A stretch of 64,000 nt of DNA from Octopus bimaculoides (taxonomy: Eukaryota): the NCBI RefSeq assembly GCF_001194135.2, contig NC_068985.1, forward strand, positions 18,750,234 through 18,814,233, written 5' to 3'. This document shows positions 13,675-27,090 of the stretch, in pieces. Position numbers and translations under genes: made by a program. The first letter of the stretch is position 1. Each line of letters begins with the position of its first letter. The notes beneath the pieces were generated by a model. It ran no database searches. It worked only from the letters and a program-made list of their open reading frames with translations, and was not told the origin of the DNA.

Positions 13675-15058
13675 TCATCATTTAATGTCCGCTTTCCATG
13701 CTAGCATGGGTTGGACGATTTGACTGGGGACTGGCAAACCAGATGGCTACACCAGACTCCAATCTGATCTAGCAGAGTTTCTACAGCTGGATGCCCTTTC
13801 TAATGCCAACCACTCTGAGAGTGTAGTGNNNNNNNNNNNNNNNNNNNNNNNNNNNNNNNNNNNNNNNNNNNNNNNNNNNNNNNNNNNNNNNNNNNNNNNN
13901 NNNNNNNNNNNNNNNNNNNNNNNNNNNNNNNNNNNNNNNNNNNNNNNNNNNNNNNNNNNNNNNNNNNNNNNNNNNNNNNNNNNNNNNNNNNNNNNNNNNN
14001 NNNNNNNNNNNNNNNNNNNNNNNNNNNNNNNNNNNNNNNNNNNNNNNNNNNNNNNNNNNNNNNNNNNNNNNNNNNNNNNNNNNNNNNNNNNNNNNNNNNN
14101 NNNNNNNNNNNNNNNNNNNNNNNNNNNNNNNNNNNNNNNNNNNNNNNNNNNNNNNNNNNNNNNNNNNNNNNNNNNNNNNNNNNNNNNNNNNNNNNNNNNN
14201 NNNNNNNNNNNNNNNNNNNNNNNNNNNNNNNNNNNNNNNNNNNNNNNNNNNNNNNNNNNNNNNNNNNNNNNNNNNNNNNNNNNNNNNNNNNNNNNNNNNN
14301 NNNNNNNNNNNNNNNNNNNNNNNNNNNNNNNNNNNNNNNNNNNNNNNNNNNNNNNNNNNNNNNNNNNNNNNNNNNNNNNNNNNNNNNNNNNNNNNNNNNN
14401 NNNNNNNNNNNNNNNNNNNNNNNNNNNNNNNNNNNNNNNNNNNNNNNNNNNNNNNNNNNNNNNNNNNNNNNNNNNNNNNNNNNNNNNNNNNNNNNNNNNN
14501 NNNNNNNNNNNNNNNNNNNNNNNNNNNNNNNNNNNNNNNNNNNNNNNNNNNNNNNNNNNNNNNNNNNNNNNNNNNNNNNNNNNNNNNNNNNNNNNNNNNN
14601 NNNNNNNNNNNNNNNNNNNNNNNNNNNNNNNNNNNNNNNNNNNNNNNNNNNNNNNNNNNNNNNNNNNNNNNNNNNNNNNNNNNNNNNNNNNNNNNNNNNN
14701 NNNNNNNNNNNNNNNNNNNNNNNNNNNNNNNNNNNNNNNNNNNNNNNNNNNNNNNNNNNNNNNNNNNNNNNNNNNNNNNNNNNNNNNNNNNNNNNNNNNN
14801 NNNNTTCTACAGCTGGATGCCCTTCCTAACGCCAACCACTCAGAGAGTGTAGTGGGTGCTTTTACGTGTCACCCGCACCAAAACGGCCACGCTCGAAATG
14901 GTGTCTTTTATGTGCCACCCGCACAAGCCAGTCCAGGGGCACTGGCAACGATCTCGCTCGAAAATCCTACAGGAGCCAGTCAGGCGGTACTGGCAACGGC
15001 CACGCTCAAAATGGTGTCTTTTATGTGCCACCCGCACAAGCCAGTCCAGGGGCACTGT
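13675..15058 (-). repeat. (GAT)n-tailed RTE-related element with an internal ~115-bp tandem unit, interrupted by an assembly gap
   Basis: The unit acggccacgctcgaaatggtgtcttttatgtgccacccgcacaagccagtccaggggcactg repeats at ~14884 and ~14996. The same unit occurs at 34361-34500 and twice at 37850-38070. Confidence 0.75.
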
Positions 15059-17386
15059 ATGAAATTTGAGGAATGTTAGTTGACCTTATATTCATTTCCC
15101 TTGAGAAATAAAAAATATCTAGAAACTTACTAACTGTTACAAAGGCAAAATAAATGTATCAATCTCCCCCAAAACATGCTCAGACCCAACCAAATCATAC
15201 TTCTAAATCTTGGCACAAACTTCCACCTCAGAAAAAAAAGTTGAACTAGATATGCTTTGCCAGTCACTCATGATTCTCGGTGAAATAAATGGAAGTTGAA
15301 AGACTTATTAAAGTGTAACTGTAACAAACACCTTTACATATAAGGTAAAAAATTTACCTTAACAATAAACTTAAGATAGCTATGCACAAACTGAATAACA
15401 ACCTACACATTGTAATCCATGAAACTGATAAGAGCAAACATTTTGAATGTAATCTTAAAAGCAACAAGAAATATGAAAATAAGTCTTCCATTAATGAAAA
15501 TGTTTGCTCTTGTCAGTTTTATGGATTACAATGTGTGGGTTGTTATTCAGTTTGTGCATAGCTATCTTAAGTTTATTGTTAAGGTTCATTTTTTACCTTG
15601 TTATGTGTAAAGGTCAAATGGGAGGTCAACTGTAAATAATGATTTCAAATTATGGCACAAAGCCAGCAATTTGGGGGAAGGGGGATAGTCAATTACATCA
15701 GTCCCTGTAATCAACTGATACTTATTTTATCGATCCCAAAAGGATGAAAGGCAAAGTTGATCTCAGCAGAACTTAAACTCAGAACATGAAGTGTGTTGAA
15801 ATGCTGCTAAGCATTCTCCCAGCACAGTAATGATTCTGCCAGCTCAACACCTTATAGACAGCTATAAATAATGACTCATAATATACAGAGTTAAGCAAAG
15901 CCTTGAGCAGAAAAAAGGTTGAAGGCCAGCTATAGCACTAGAACTACAGTTACTGTAACCTGAATGGTTGTGGTATGTAGAGAGTAACATGTTTATAATT
16001 ATGGACAAAAATGGTAACATTATAAAAATATACAACCTACCACAAGACAGCACCAATTTTTTTTTTAATTACAAAAGACAATGTGGCACGATTAAAAAAA
16101 TTCATTAAATTGGGGTAAGCATGACTGCATTTAAGAAGCTTGCATTGCAACCACATGGTTTTAGGTTCAGTACCCCTGCACAGCACCTTGAAAAGCAAGT
16201 GTCTTCTATTATAGCCCTGAGCCAACCAATACTTTATGAGTGAATTTGGTAGAAAGAAACTATGTAGAAGCCTAACATGTATATATGTATGTATGCATGT
16301 CTGTGTGTTTGTCCCATCACCATCACTGACAACCAGTGTTGGTTTGTTCATTGTCCCTGTAACTTAGTGATTTGACAGAAGGGTCTGATAGAATAAGTAA
16401 CAGACTTTAAAAATAAGTACTAGAGTTTATTTGTTCGACTAAGCCCTTCAAAGCAGCAGTACCCCAGCATGGCTGCAGTCCAATGACAGAAACAAGTAAA
16501 AGATATATGGTACATTTGTATAGACTAAAAATACAAATAAATGCCTTTGTACGCATACATAGACATAAAAAAGACATAGTCAAGTCCTTTCTTATCTTAG
16601 ATGAACTTTTAAATATTCATCGCCCAAATATGTTCTAAATAAGGAAATCCCTATGAGTAAAACAAACTTCAGTTAGCAATAGGTACACCAACAGATAACC
16701 AGACCATGTCACAGAACAATACAAAAAGAAATTCATTCATACTGATTTGACAAACCCAGCACAAATACTCATATGATGCATAGCATATACTTCAAGAAAC
16801 ACAAAGAATGTACAATTTAGAAGCAAAAAGTCATAAAAAGAACACAGCATGTATCACATCTAACTTACTGTTAGAACATTAACAAACACTAGAGTGCAAG
16901 AAACCTTTTCAGTAACACAAGCCACAAACCAACAAACAATAGAATGTACTTGAAACTTTAAATGTAATTTATAAAATCCAGTGCAAACATAAAAGTAAAT
17001 TTCATGAATTAATTGGTTATATTGGTCGAACATGTGCAACACTTTCCTGTTGTTTGACCATGCATTTGCAACAAAGAGCCACTGTACACACTGCAATACA
17101 GTAGATGAAACAAAAATCAATAGAAAATCAGTAATTGACATCACAATAATTCTATATTAGAAGAGTGTCAGTGGAGGCTTTGCTAAAAGAAAAATATAAA
17201 CCAAGAATCAACACATGCGCAAAATTAACTATGAAAACTACAAGACTTAACTGCTGAATCATTTTTTAATCCAGTATTGAGTGAGAAAAAAATCATCAAC
17301 ACTCCCATGATCTTCCATGAGCCAAAGCAAAGCACAAAAAACACATTATTCAATATCCACTTCATTTTGAGGATGGAACTGATATA

Positions 17387-18663
17387 CAGGAGTTGGAAAA
17401 ATAATGGAAACACCTAGCATCATAGCATCACAATTTTGAAATATCTATAAAACTGTCGAAAGCTTGTTTATTTTTATGTTTTTTGATTTATTATTAGTGT
17501 TGCTTAATATGTTTTGCTAAAATTGCTGTTTCTTTTCAGATATCATCAGAAAAAGGTAATTAAAATTCATTAAAATGACAGATTTATCGGACTTTCAAAG
17601 AGGTCAAATTGTTGTTGCTCATATGGCAGGTACTAGCATAACAAAAACAGCCGAAATGTTTGGTGTATCAAGAAGTACTGTCTTGAAAGTAATGACAGCC
17701 TTTGAGAAAGAGGGAAAAACATCCTTGTTGAAACAAAATTCTGGAAGAAACCCAAAACTTTCAGATAGGGACCATCGGACTCATATGCGAATTGTTAGAA
17801 AGAATCACAAAAGTACAGCTCCCAAAATTACTGCAGAGCTTAATGACCACCTCAAGAACCCAGTTTCCACAAAAAATGTTTGCCAGGAGCTGCACAAAGT
17901 CAGATTTCATGGGAGGGTTGCAATCAGAAAACCACTACTTTCAAAAACAAACGTTGCAAAGTGTTTAGAGTGGAGTAAAAATCTACAAAATTTGTCCCTA
18001 GAGCAGTGGAAGAATGTTATTTTCTCGGACGAGTCATCCTTTACCTTATTTCTGACCACCGGCCGAGTATACGTGTGGAGACAGCCAAAAGAAACATTTG
18101 ACCCAGACTACCTTCTTCCAACTGTTAAACATAAAGAAGAATCTGTGATAATCTGGCAGGGTGGGGCTATATCTTGGAAATCCGTCAGCCCAATGGTTTC
18201 CCTTCATGGCAAAATTAATAGTCAAGACTATTTAAGCATTTTATCTGATCAAATTCATCCTATGGTTGCGGAACTGTTTCTGGAGGGAAACACAATCTTT
18301 CAGGATGATAATGCATCAATTCACACAGCTAAAGTTGTTACTAAATGGCACAAAGAACATTCTAGTGAAGTTGAACATCTCATCTGGCCACTAGAGTCCC
18401 CAGATCTCAATATTATTGAACATTTATGGTGCATTAAAAAAAATAAGTAAGGAGTCGATATCCTTCATCATCATCACTACAAGAACTGGAGACTGTTTGA
18501 GCTGAAGAATGGACAAAAATTCCTTTGGAAACAATTCAAACTTTGTACAAGTCCATAACTTGTAGAATTCAAGCTGTAATTACTGTTAAAGGTGGTCCTA
18601 CCCCATATTAAAATAAATTTGTTTGAAATTTTAAGGTGTTTCCATTATTTTGTCCAACCCCTG
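17387..18663 (+). mobile_element. Full-length Tc1-like DNA transposon (1277 bp), DD36E spacing
   Basis: ~29-bp inverted ends CAGG(A/G)GTTGGA(C)AAAATAATGGAAACACCT, flanked by TA at 17385-17386 and 18664-18665, with an internal transposase ORF. Confidence 0.92.
17575..18610 (+). pseudogene. Tc1/mariner transposase, frameshifted near 18440 with a later in-frame stop
   Basis: 291-aa ORF with an HTH region (DLSDFQRGQIV...EMFGVSRSTV) and catalytic FSDES, FQDDNASIH and SPDLNIIE. The C-terminus (VRSRYP...QELETV*AEEWTKIPLETIQTLYKSI..RIQAVITVKGGPTPY*) continues in another frame. Confidence 0.9.
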
Positions 18664-18952
18664 TAGCTTTGAAATGTTAACAGATTAATGGATTTTGGAA
18701 CACTAATGTCCCAAACTAAACACGAAGAACTAATGAGGAAATATATACAAAATTCTAAATAAAAAAAAGATCAAACATGAACATAGTTGTCTCTTTAATA
18801 TTAATATGTACATATACATACACCACTCCCTAAAGACACACACACATACATACATACATACATACATACATATCAAAAACATAAATTATCATCATTCTAC
18901 ATTCATTTTTCCATGCTGGCATGGTTTGGACAATTTGTCACAGCTCACATTA

Positions 18953-18996
<44 letters not shown>

Positions 18997-21900
18997 ACAC
19001 ACACACACAGAAAACTAGATAACTTTGTTGTTGTATATCTCTTAAAGTGTGAGATAGTTGCTTTATTCTAAGTGGCGCCAGATAAGTTGTCAGCAGCAAG
19101 ACTGTAGACTTCCCTCTTACTCTGCGTCTGTTCTTATTCAGGTTACAGCCCTCCAAGAGGGCAGCCTAGGACACCCACAGTAACAGCTTGCAGAATCCAC
19201 ATCTGCTCATACATTCTATTTTGGTATGTTTTCTATTGCTGGATGACCTTCCTATTACACTTGGGGAAGGGAAGTAATTTATGTAAAATAATGTTCTATT
19301 ATAATAACACTACACATCATTGAAATGTTGTAATTACTACCTGCTACTGCTATTTAGAATACACTTGTAAGCTATTATATCTGCATTCTTCTAGTAGATG
19401 TCAGTGAAACTTTTAGTAAATTAAAGTCTCATTTAACTGAACTTTCATCTTGTGCTATTCACACTTCATGTCCATAAAATTTGACTGGATCCAAACCCAG
19501 AATATTTATTTCTAAACTAAATGTACAATCAATGTTTCACTTTGCCATTATTTAAATCTATTTTTCAGTAAATGGAGCTGATCTCAATGATAGTCCTACA
19601 TTTGTATAACCTCCAAAAATTACATAAACATTGGGGTCGCAATCCTAAATGTAAAGACACAACATTCCAAACACTGTAATGTTTCCTAGTTAACAATTTC
19701 TACTCCTGAGGAGTAGAACTTCTTCATATAGGAAACACTTAACATACCTTATGGAAACAATTCCAGACAATACAATTCATGTCACACCAAATGATCAGCA
19801 TTGATATGCTGGGCTGGTGAGTCTATTTCTAATAATTCTAACAGATGAAATATTGTTAGTCATAAGAAACAAGGCGGCAAGCTAAAAGAAACGTTAGCAA
19901 ACTGGGCGAAATACTTAGCGGTATTACGTCTATATTTATGTTCTGAGTTCAAATTCCGCCGAGGTCGACTTTGCCTTTCATCCTTTCAGGGTCGATTAAA
20001 TAAGTACCAGTTAATCCATTTGTCTGTCCTTGTTTGTCCCCTCTTTGTGTATATCCCCATAACTTAGTAGTTCAGCAAAAGATCAACAGAATAAGCACAA
20101 GACTTTAAAAAAAGATTAAAAATGCTGGGTTGATTCATTCAACTGGAAACCTTTTATGGTGGTGCCCCAACACAGACACAGTCCAATGACTGAAACAAGT
20201 AAAAATTAAAAGATATACATATAGAAAGAGAGAGTATTGAAAACCAAATCAGCAAACCTAGCATTGACAATAAGGGCTCAAATAAAGAGAAGTTCTGCTC
20301 ATTAGAGGGGAAAGTGTTAACTAGTAAACAACTCAATGGATACCATGCCATGTTTCTACATCTGAAAACTGGAGCAAGCATGGCTGTGTGGTTAAAAAGC
20401 TTGCTTTGTAACCATATGCTTTTGGGTTCAGTCCCACAGCATAGTACATTGAGCAAGTGTCTTCTCTTATATGTATTTGGTAGACAGAAATTGTGTGGAA
20501 GCCTATCATTTGTATATGTGTGCATTTGTGTTTGTCCTACCACTGCTTGTCAACCAGTGTTGATATGTTTATGTTCCCCATAACTTAACAGTTCAGCAAA
20601 AGACAATGATAAAATAAATACCAGACTAAACCCTTCAAGGCAGTGTCCCAGCATGGCTACCATCCGATGACTGAAACAAGTAATATATAAATGATATATT
20701 GGGGAGGCCATACATATGTAGAAACCCCAGTATGACACCAGCTCGAAATGGCTGTCTCTATTGAAAAAAAAAAAAGGATTAAGAATTTAAATAACTGAAA
20801 ACTGAAACATATTTTGTACACCATCAGTGGCCTAGTGAATGAGTATTATTACCCTCAGTTTAGAAATAAAGGTTCCAAGTTCAAATCCAGTTTGATACTG
20901 TGTACACATTCAAGTATATGAGACCTGATGATAACTAGAAATCAAAACAATGTAGATATAAATATTGATTTCAAATTTTGGCACAAGGCCAGCAATTTCA
21001 AGAGAGAGGGTAAGCTGATTACATTGACTCCAGTGCTCAACTAATACTTATTTTATTGACCCCGTAATCATGAAAAGTAAAGTTGACTTTCAAAAAATTT
21101 GAACTCAGAATATAAAGACAAATGAAATGCTGCTAAGCATTTTGCCCCGTATGCTAACGATTCTGCCAGCTCGCCACCTTAATGTAGACATAAATATTAA
21201 AATATTTTATCACTAAAGACAAAGATAAACATAAAAATTATAATCATATTAATTATTGCTTTCCATGAAGATGATGATGATAATCATCATCATCCTCTCA
21301 GTTAATAAATAATTAGGTGACCTAATTTTCAGTCAGGATCCTAAAACAAAAAAAACAACCTACTTTGCTTTCTTCTGACCACAATATGTCAAAAGATTAA
21401 AACACTTGAACCTCTATACAGTTGAGTTTATGAATCACTAAAAGCTTTGTTGCATGAGAAAAACCACAATTATAACATTTATCTTATAAGATGGAAAGAA
21501 GTTTTTAAAAAATTAACCAAGACATATCTCCATACATGCATGGCTGTGTGGTTAAGAAGCTCACTTTGCAACTACATGGTTTCAGGTTCAGTCTCACTGA
21601 ATAGCACTTGGGGCAAGTGCCTTCTAGTATAAGCCATGGGCTGACTGATGCCTAATGAGTGAATTTGGTGGACAGAAACTGAAAGAAGCCTGTCATGTGT
21701 ATATACATACAGGCTTGTCCTGTATGTATATACATGATACATAAAATGTACTCATGCCAGTGCTGTGTAAATGCACAGTGCTGTACCAGTGTCACATAAA
21801 GGCACTCAGTATACTGTGTAAAGTGATTGGCATTAGGAAGGGCATCCAGCCATAGAAGCCATGCCAAAATCAGACAACGGGAGTCTGGACAGCTCTCCAA

Positions 21901-23409
21901 CTGGCCAAATCTTGTCAAACCATCCAACCCATACCAGTATGGAAAACGGGTGGTGGTGGTGGTGGTGGTGATGGTAATACATACACACATACACATGCAT
22001 GTGAATGTATCTTGATGTTTGTCTTTCCCACAGTTTGACAACCCCTGTTTGTTTGTTTATATTCCTGTAATTTAGTGGTTCAACAAAAGAGACCAATAAA
22101 ACAAGTACCAGACTTAAAACTAAGTACTGGAGTTGATGTGTTCAGTTAAACACTTCAAAGCTGTGCCCCACCATGACCACAGTCCAGTGAGTGAAACAAA
22201 TAAAAGGCAAAAGATGTGCTTCCATACATTTTAAGGAAATTATTCAAAATTAATTGGGTTGTTATATTTAAATTTGGAACCCTAAAAAAAAAAAAGGAAC
22301 TATTTTAATGGATTCCTTCAGTCAAAACAAATTAAGGACCCTACAATGAATATTATATCTATGTTTATCCTCAAATGCCTCAAAAGACAAAGTAGTTGTG
22401 AGAGACTATAATATCAAAACATGAAATTAAGATTACAGGCACATGAACTAGCATATAGAATCATTACAAATTATGCTTGAATATTACAATAATTATACTA
22501 ATTTAAGAGTTTACATAATCTAGATAGCTTTGCTGACATGTCTGTAGTATTATCAAAATATGTAGTAATAATTTTATATTTATTCTGTTCATATCTAAAC
22601 ATACATTCAGGGAGACGAGCATCGGGAGTTATTTTAAGTAGAACAACAATGAACTGCAGTTATTTTGTCTCAACTAATAGTTTGAAAAAGTTTTTAGAAC
22701 ATTAATAAATATATAAATAAGTAGACGAAACCAAAAGATGCTTAAAAGAATGTTACTTGACAGAAGCTGACATATTTATAACTCAGAAAGGCTAATCATT
22801 TTGAAACTATTTTGTTTTTCACAATTGCAAGTCATTTTATAAATTTGATGCCAAAAAAAGAAAGGTTATAAAATGTTACCCCATATAATATTAAAATGAT
22901 TTTTTTTAAAACATACTCTACTAGGGGCAGGTGTGGATGTGTAGTATAAAGTTTGATTCCCAACTACATGGTCCCGGGTTCAGTCCCACTGCATGGCACC
23001 TTGGGCAAGTGTCTTCTATTACAGCCACGGGCCGAGCAAAGCCTTGTGAGTGAATTTGGTAGACAGGAACTTAAAGAAGCCCATCACACCTGTCTTCATC
23101 TTTTGTTTTTTTTTGTAAATTCCAACTATATATATATATATATATNNNNNNNNNNNNNNNNNNNNNNNNNNNNNNNNNNNNNNNNNNNNNNNNNNNNNNN
23201 NNNNNNNNNNNNNNNNNNNNNNNNNNNNNNNNNNNNNNNNNNNNNNNNNNNNNNNNNNNNNNNNNNNNNNNNNNNNNNNNNNNNNNNNNNNNNNNNNNNN
23301 NNNNNNNNNNNNNNNNNNNNNNNNNNNNNNNNNNNNNNNNNNNNNNNNNNNNNNNNNNNNNNNNNNNNNNNNNNNNNNNNNNNNNNNNNNNNNNNNNNNN
23401 NNNNNNNNN

Positions 23410-23453
<44 letters not shown>

Positions 23454-24189
23454 TGTGTTTGTTCCCCCATCATTGCTTGACAACTGATGTTGGTGTGTTT
23501 ACATCCCCATAACTTAGCGGTTCGGCAAAAAGAGACCAATAGAATAAGTACTAGGCTTACAAAGAATAAGTCTTGGGGTCAATTTCCTCAACTAAAAAAC
23601 CCTTTAAGGTGGTGCTCCAACATGGCTACAGTCAAATGACTGAAACAAATAAAAGAATAAAACTGAAAGTGAAACGTTTTGCCTCAACATCAAATCTCAG
23701 TTTGTATTGGTATAGAATAATAGGATGTACAAAATAAACCTACTGATTAAAATGTTTGAATCCGATTAGTAATATTGGCTTCAAATTTTGGCACAAGGCC
23801 AGCAATTTCAGAGGAGGGGGCTAGTTGACCACATTGACTCCAGTACCCAAAATAATTTGTCCACCGCCAAAAGAAAGGCAAAGTCAACTTTGGCAGAATT
23901 TGAACTCAGAACAAAATGCTTAGCAGCATTTTGCCCAGTGTGTTAATGATTCTGCCAACTCACTACCTTAGTCCAATCAATAATATTAAAGCTAGAGACT
24001 CCTTTTTGTTTTTATGAAGATTTAAATGTCAACTCTAAACTTTAACTGTTGCCATTCCAAGTACAATATAAGTCTGGATCTTTTAATCTTTTGTTACAAC
24101 TTTAGAAATTTTTCCTATTTTGTTTCTTATTTTTTTAGGAAACACTAATATACTTAAAATACAAGTTGAAGTCGTGCAAGATTGTTAAC

Positions 24190-25170
24190 TATAGATATAT
24201 AAAACACAGGATGTGTGTCTGTCTGCATGTTTTTCATGTCATTATAACTCGAGATCCACCCAACCAATTTTAATGAAAGTTTTGCACATGCATTACATAG
24301 GGTCCATGGACTGTCATGGGCAAAAAGATTTTCAGCTTCATGCCTAATGCAGGCCCAGGGGCAGATAAACCGCATTTTTAAAGCATTTTTGCAGCGTTAA
24401 GGCCCGTATCCAGTCACTTTCCTCCAAATTTTCAACAAACATTAATCAGGCTCCTCAAATTGCTGTTGACTAAAAAAATTTCCAATGCCAATTATGGGCC
24501 CCCACAAAAATGTAGATTAATCAGATTTGAGTATACTGCATTGGGTTTTATCTTTGTTTTAGGCCATTTTCCAACAATAAAATATTGACATTACTTATAC
24601 ATTATAAGTCGTGTATAATATTTCATTGAAACTCATTTGTCCAATTTGGCAGAGGAAATGAGAAGAACATTAAAATTTTTGTCAACGCCCTGTTGATACT
24701 TCATGTTATCATCCCGTGCACCACCAGGCCATGTGTGTGTCTGTGTGTGGCTGGGTAAAGGCACAACAAACCCATTCATCCATTCTCGAGAAGTGCCCTG
24801 TTGATGTTTACCTGTTTCCAATCCTGCACAATGCATATCTGCATTCTATATCATCCATTAGAAAATTACTATTTGTAAATCTCACAATGAGAGATATTCA
24901 GCAACAGTACTTTGGAGTAAAGATTATTTGCCAACATAACATAGCAGTCCTGGTTTAGGACAAATGTTGCTGTAATTTAGCCCCAGGAGACATTGTCTCC
25001 AGCTGGCTATACGACACGATTTGTGTCCTTATATTTTCGAACAAGGGAATCTAGCACCCCAACCCATGTCTGAACTATATAATGCAAAACGTTCATACAA
25101 AAAAAACAAACTGCTGTTGTGACTCACAACCATTTGAGTTTGACATGCTGTATGGTGTAGCATTGTTAGT
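24190..25170 (+). mobile_element. Non-autonomous Helitron-like element, copy 2, with a ~210-bp insertion at ~24855-25062
   Basis: Collinear with the reverse complement of 10010-10790 on both sides of the insertion (tcatcc | catgtctga). Confidence 0.6.
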
Positions 25171-26639
25171 TGTTGCATTGCTTCAGTAAATATTAAAATC
25201 AAAGGTCTTCTTGCCATAAACATCCCATCTCTTTGTTAAGCATATTGTATATTAAGGAGTACATTATCCAAAATGTATCTCTCCTTTATAAGCATGGCTG
25301 CGTGAGTGAGAAACCTGCTGTTCAACCATGTTGCCTTGAGTTCAATCTCACTGTGCAATTCTCTTTCATTACAGCTCAGTGCTGACCAAAGCCTTGTGTA
25401 TTATATAATTGCCATTACTGTACTCTTATATAAAATAACACAAACAACTCACTTATTATTGTCATATAATAAACAAACAGAAGTTCATGTATGAAATTGA
25501 TCTTTTTTCAATTTCAATTATTACATGTTTTTTTCTTATAAAATACACACATACAGGAGGTATATATATATATATATATATATATAAATATATATATAAA
25601 TAGCAGAGATAACTGGTATTGCCAGTATCACATGGAATTGAAGACTTAGACTTTTCTTTTATATTTTCTTTAATGAATGGAATATATAAATATATATATA
25701 TGCATGTATGAGTGTATATATGTACATATCTATATATATATATGTACTCATATATACACACATATATANNNNNNNNNNTTTCATGGAGAGGTGTGCTTCT
25801 AAAGAAGCGCCGAAAATTGTATGCATACTGTTGCCTAGACGTGGTTGGTTCAAATCCTAGGTGAATTGAGAGTAGTGTATTTATGTGGGGGGGGGGGGAT
25901 TTCGAGGAAAAAATAATAAGAAAACACGTGGTAAGTCAAAGAGAGCATACATGTCAAACTTGGTAAAATTCAGTTGAAAATTGTAGGAGTAGAAGTGATT
26001 TCACACAACAAAAGACAGACAATTTGCCTTTTAATAGATAGATAACACTTTGAATGTGCCTCCCGAGAAAGAGTAAAAGTAATTACCCAATCAACGATGG
26101 GTATTACTGCTAGTTTTATATATTTTAGACTAAATGCACAAGTAATTTTTAAAGATTGATACAAATATCTATTGCAACAATGGGTTTGTTGTTTTAAGAA
26201 ATATGAACAACCACAGTATAGAAAAATTTAGGAGAAATCTTGTAATATTTTTCAGAGACTTAGATCACTGTAAACTTTCTAAATATCACATTAAATTTAG
26301 GTACTAGCAAATTTTCACATCCATAAAAACTCTATCTGCCTAATATTCTCCGTTTTACAGTTCCTAGTATTAGTAAACATTTCCTATTTATCTTAGAATG
26401 ACACATGATTTAAAAGTGCTCCACATCATTACAATGAGACACTTAACAATAGAAGATTTTCAAAAATAGCAAAGTGTAGAGTTGAACCACTTACTGCTAA
26501 GGGTAAAAACGTAACTGGAAAAATTATACAGCATAAGGCAATTTTCAGTTAGGATGTCCAAACCAACATAACCAAGAATTTCCTAGATTTGATCTCTCTT
26601 CACCTTTCAAAACCTCAAAGATACTACAAGATTTTACAA

Positions 26640-27090
26640 ACTTTGTGCTGTGCAGTCCTACTCTCAGCACATGATGGGGATAAACAGAGTGGACAAGCAG
26701 GTGATGTATTACATGGTGCTGCACAGATGTACCAAATGGAGGAAGAAAGTTTTCTTTCATCTTTTTGAAATATGTTTCTGCAATGCCCTTGTCGTTTTGA
26801 AAGTCAAGTCAGCTTGCTGGGTTAGCAATGAAAAGTTCAGGCTGAAAATTGTACATTCTCTACAGGAAGGCTACCAGTCAGATGTGTCTCATAGGAGACA
26901 TAGCAGGACAGAAACCCTTCCCCCAGAAAGGTTGTTGTTAACAGAACACCACCTTATTATTTAACCCCAAGCACCTGAAATCTGTAAGCCTTCTCGCTGT
27001 TTGTTTGAACATAGAGAAGTGCTACCAGACCCAGTTCATATGCAGAAAGCGTGATGTGACACTCTGCTCATACCCCTACTTTCAGAGGTA
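26640..27090 (+). pseudogene. piggyBac (PGBD4-like) transposase C-terminal remnant
   Basis: YSQHMMGINRVDKQVMYY...KWRKKVFFHLFEICFCNALV...KFRLKIVHSL matches YN..MGGVD..DQ...YY...KWWKK.FF...D...NA. A Cys-rich tail follows (TQFICRKRDVTLCSYPYFQRYH). Confidence 0.8.

Noticed and set aside
14806-15058. CRISPR-like repeat-spacer array
   Set aside because: The units are wholly repeated with no unique spacers, in a eukaryotic retroelement context.
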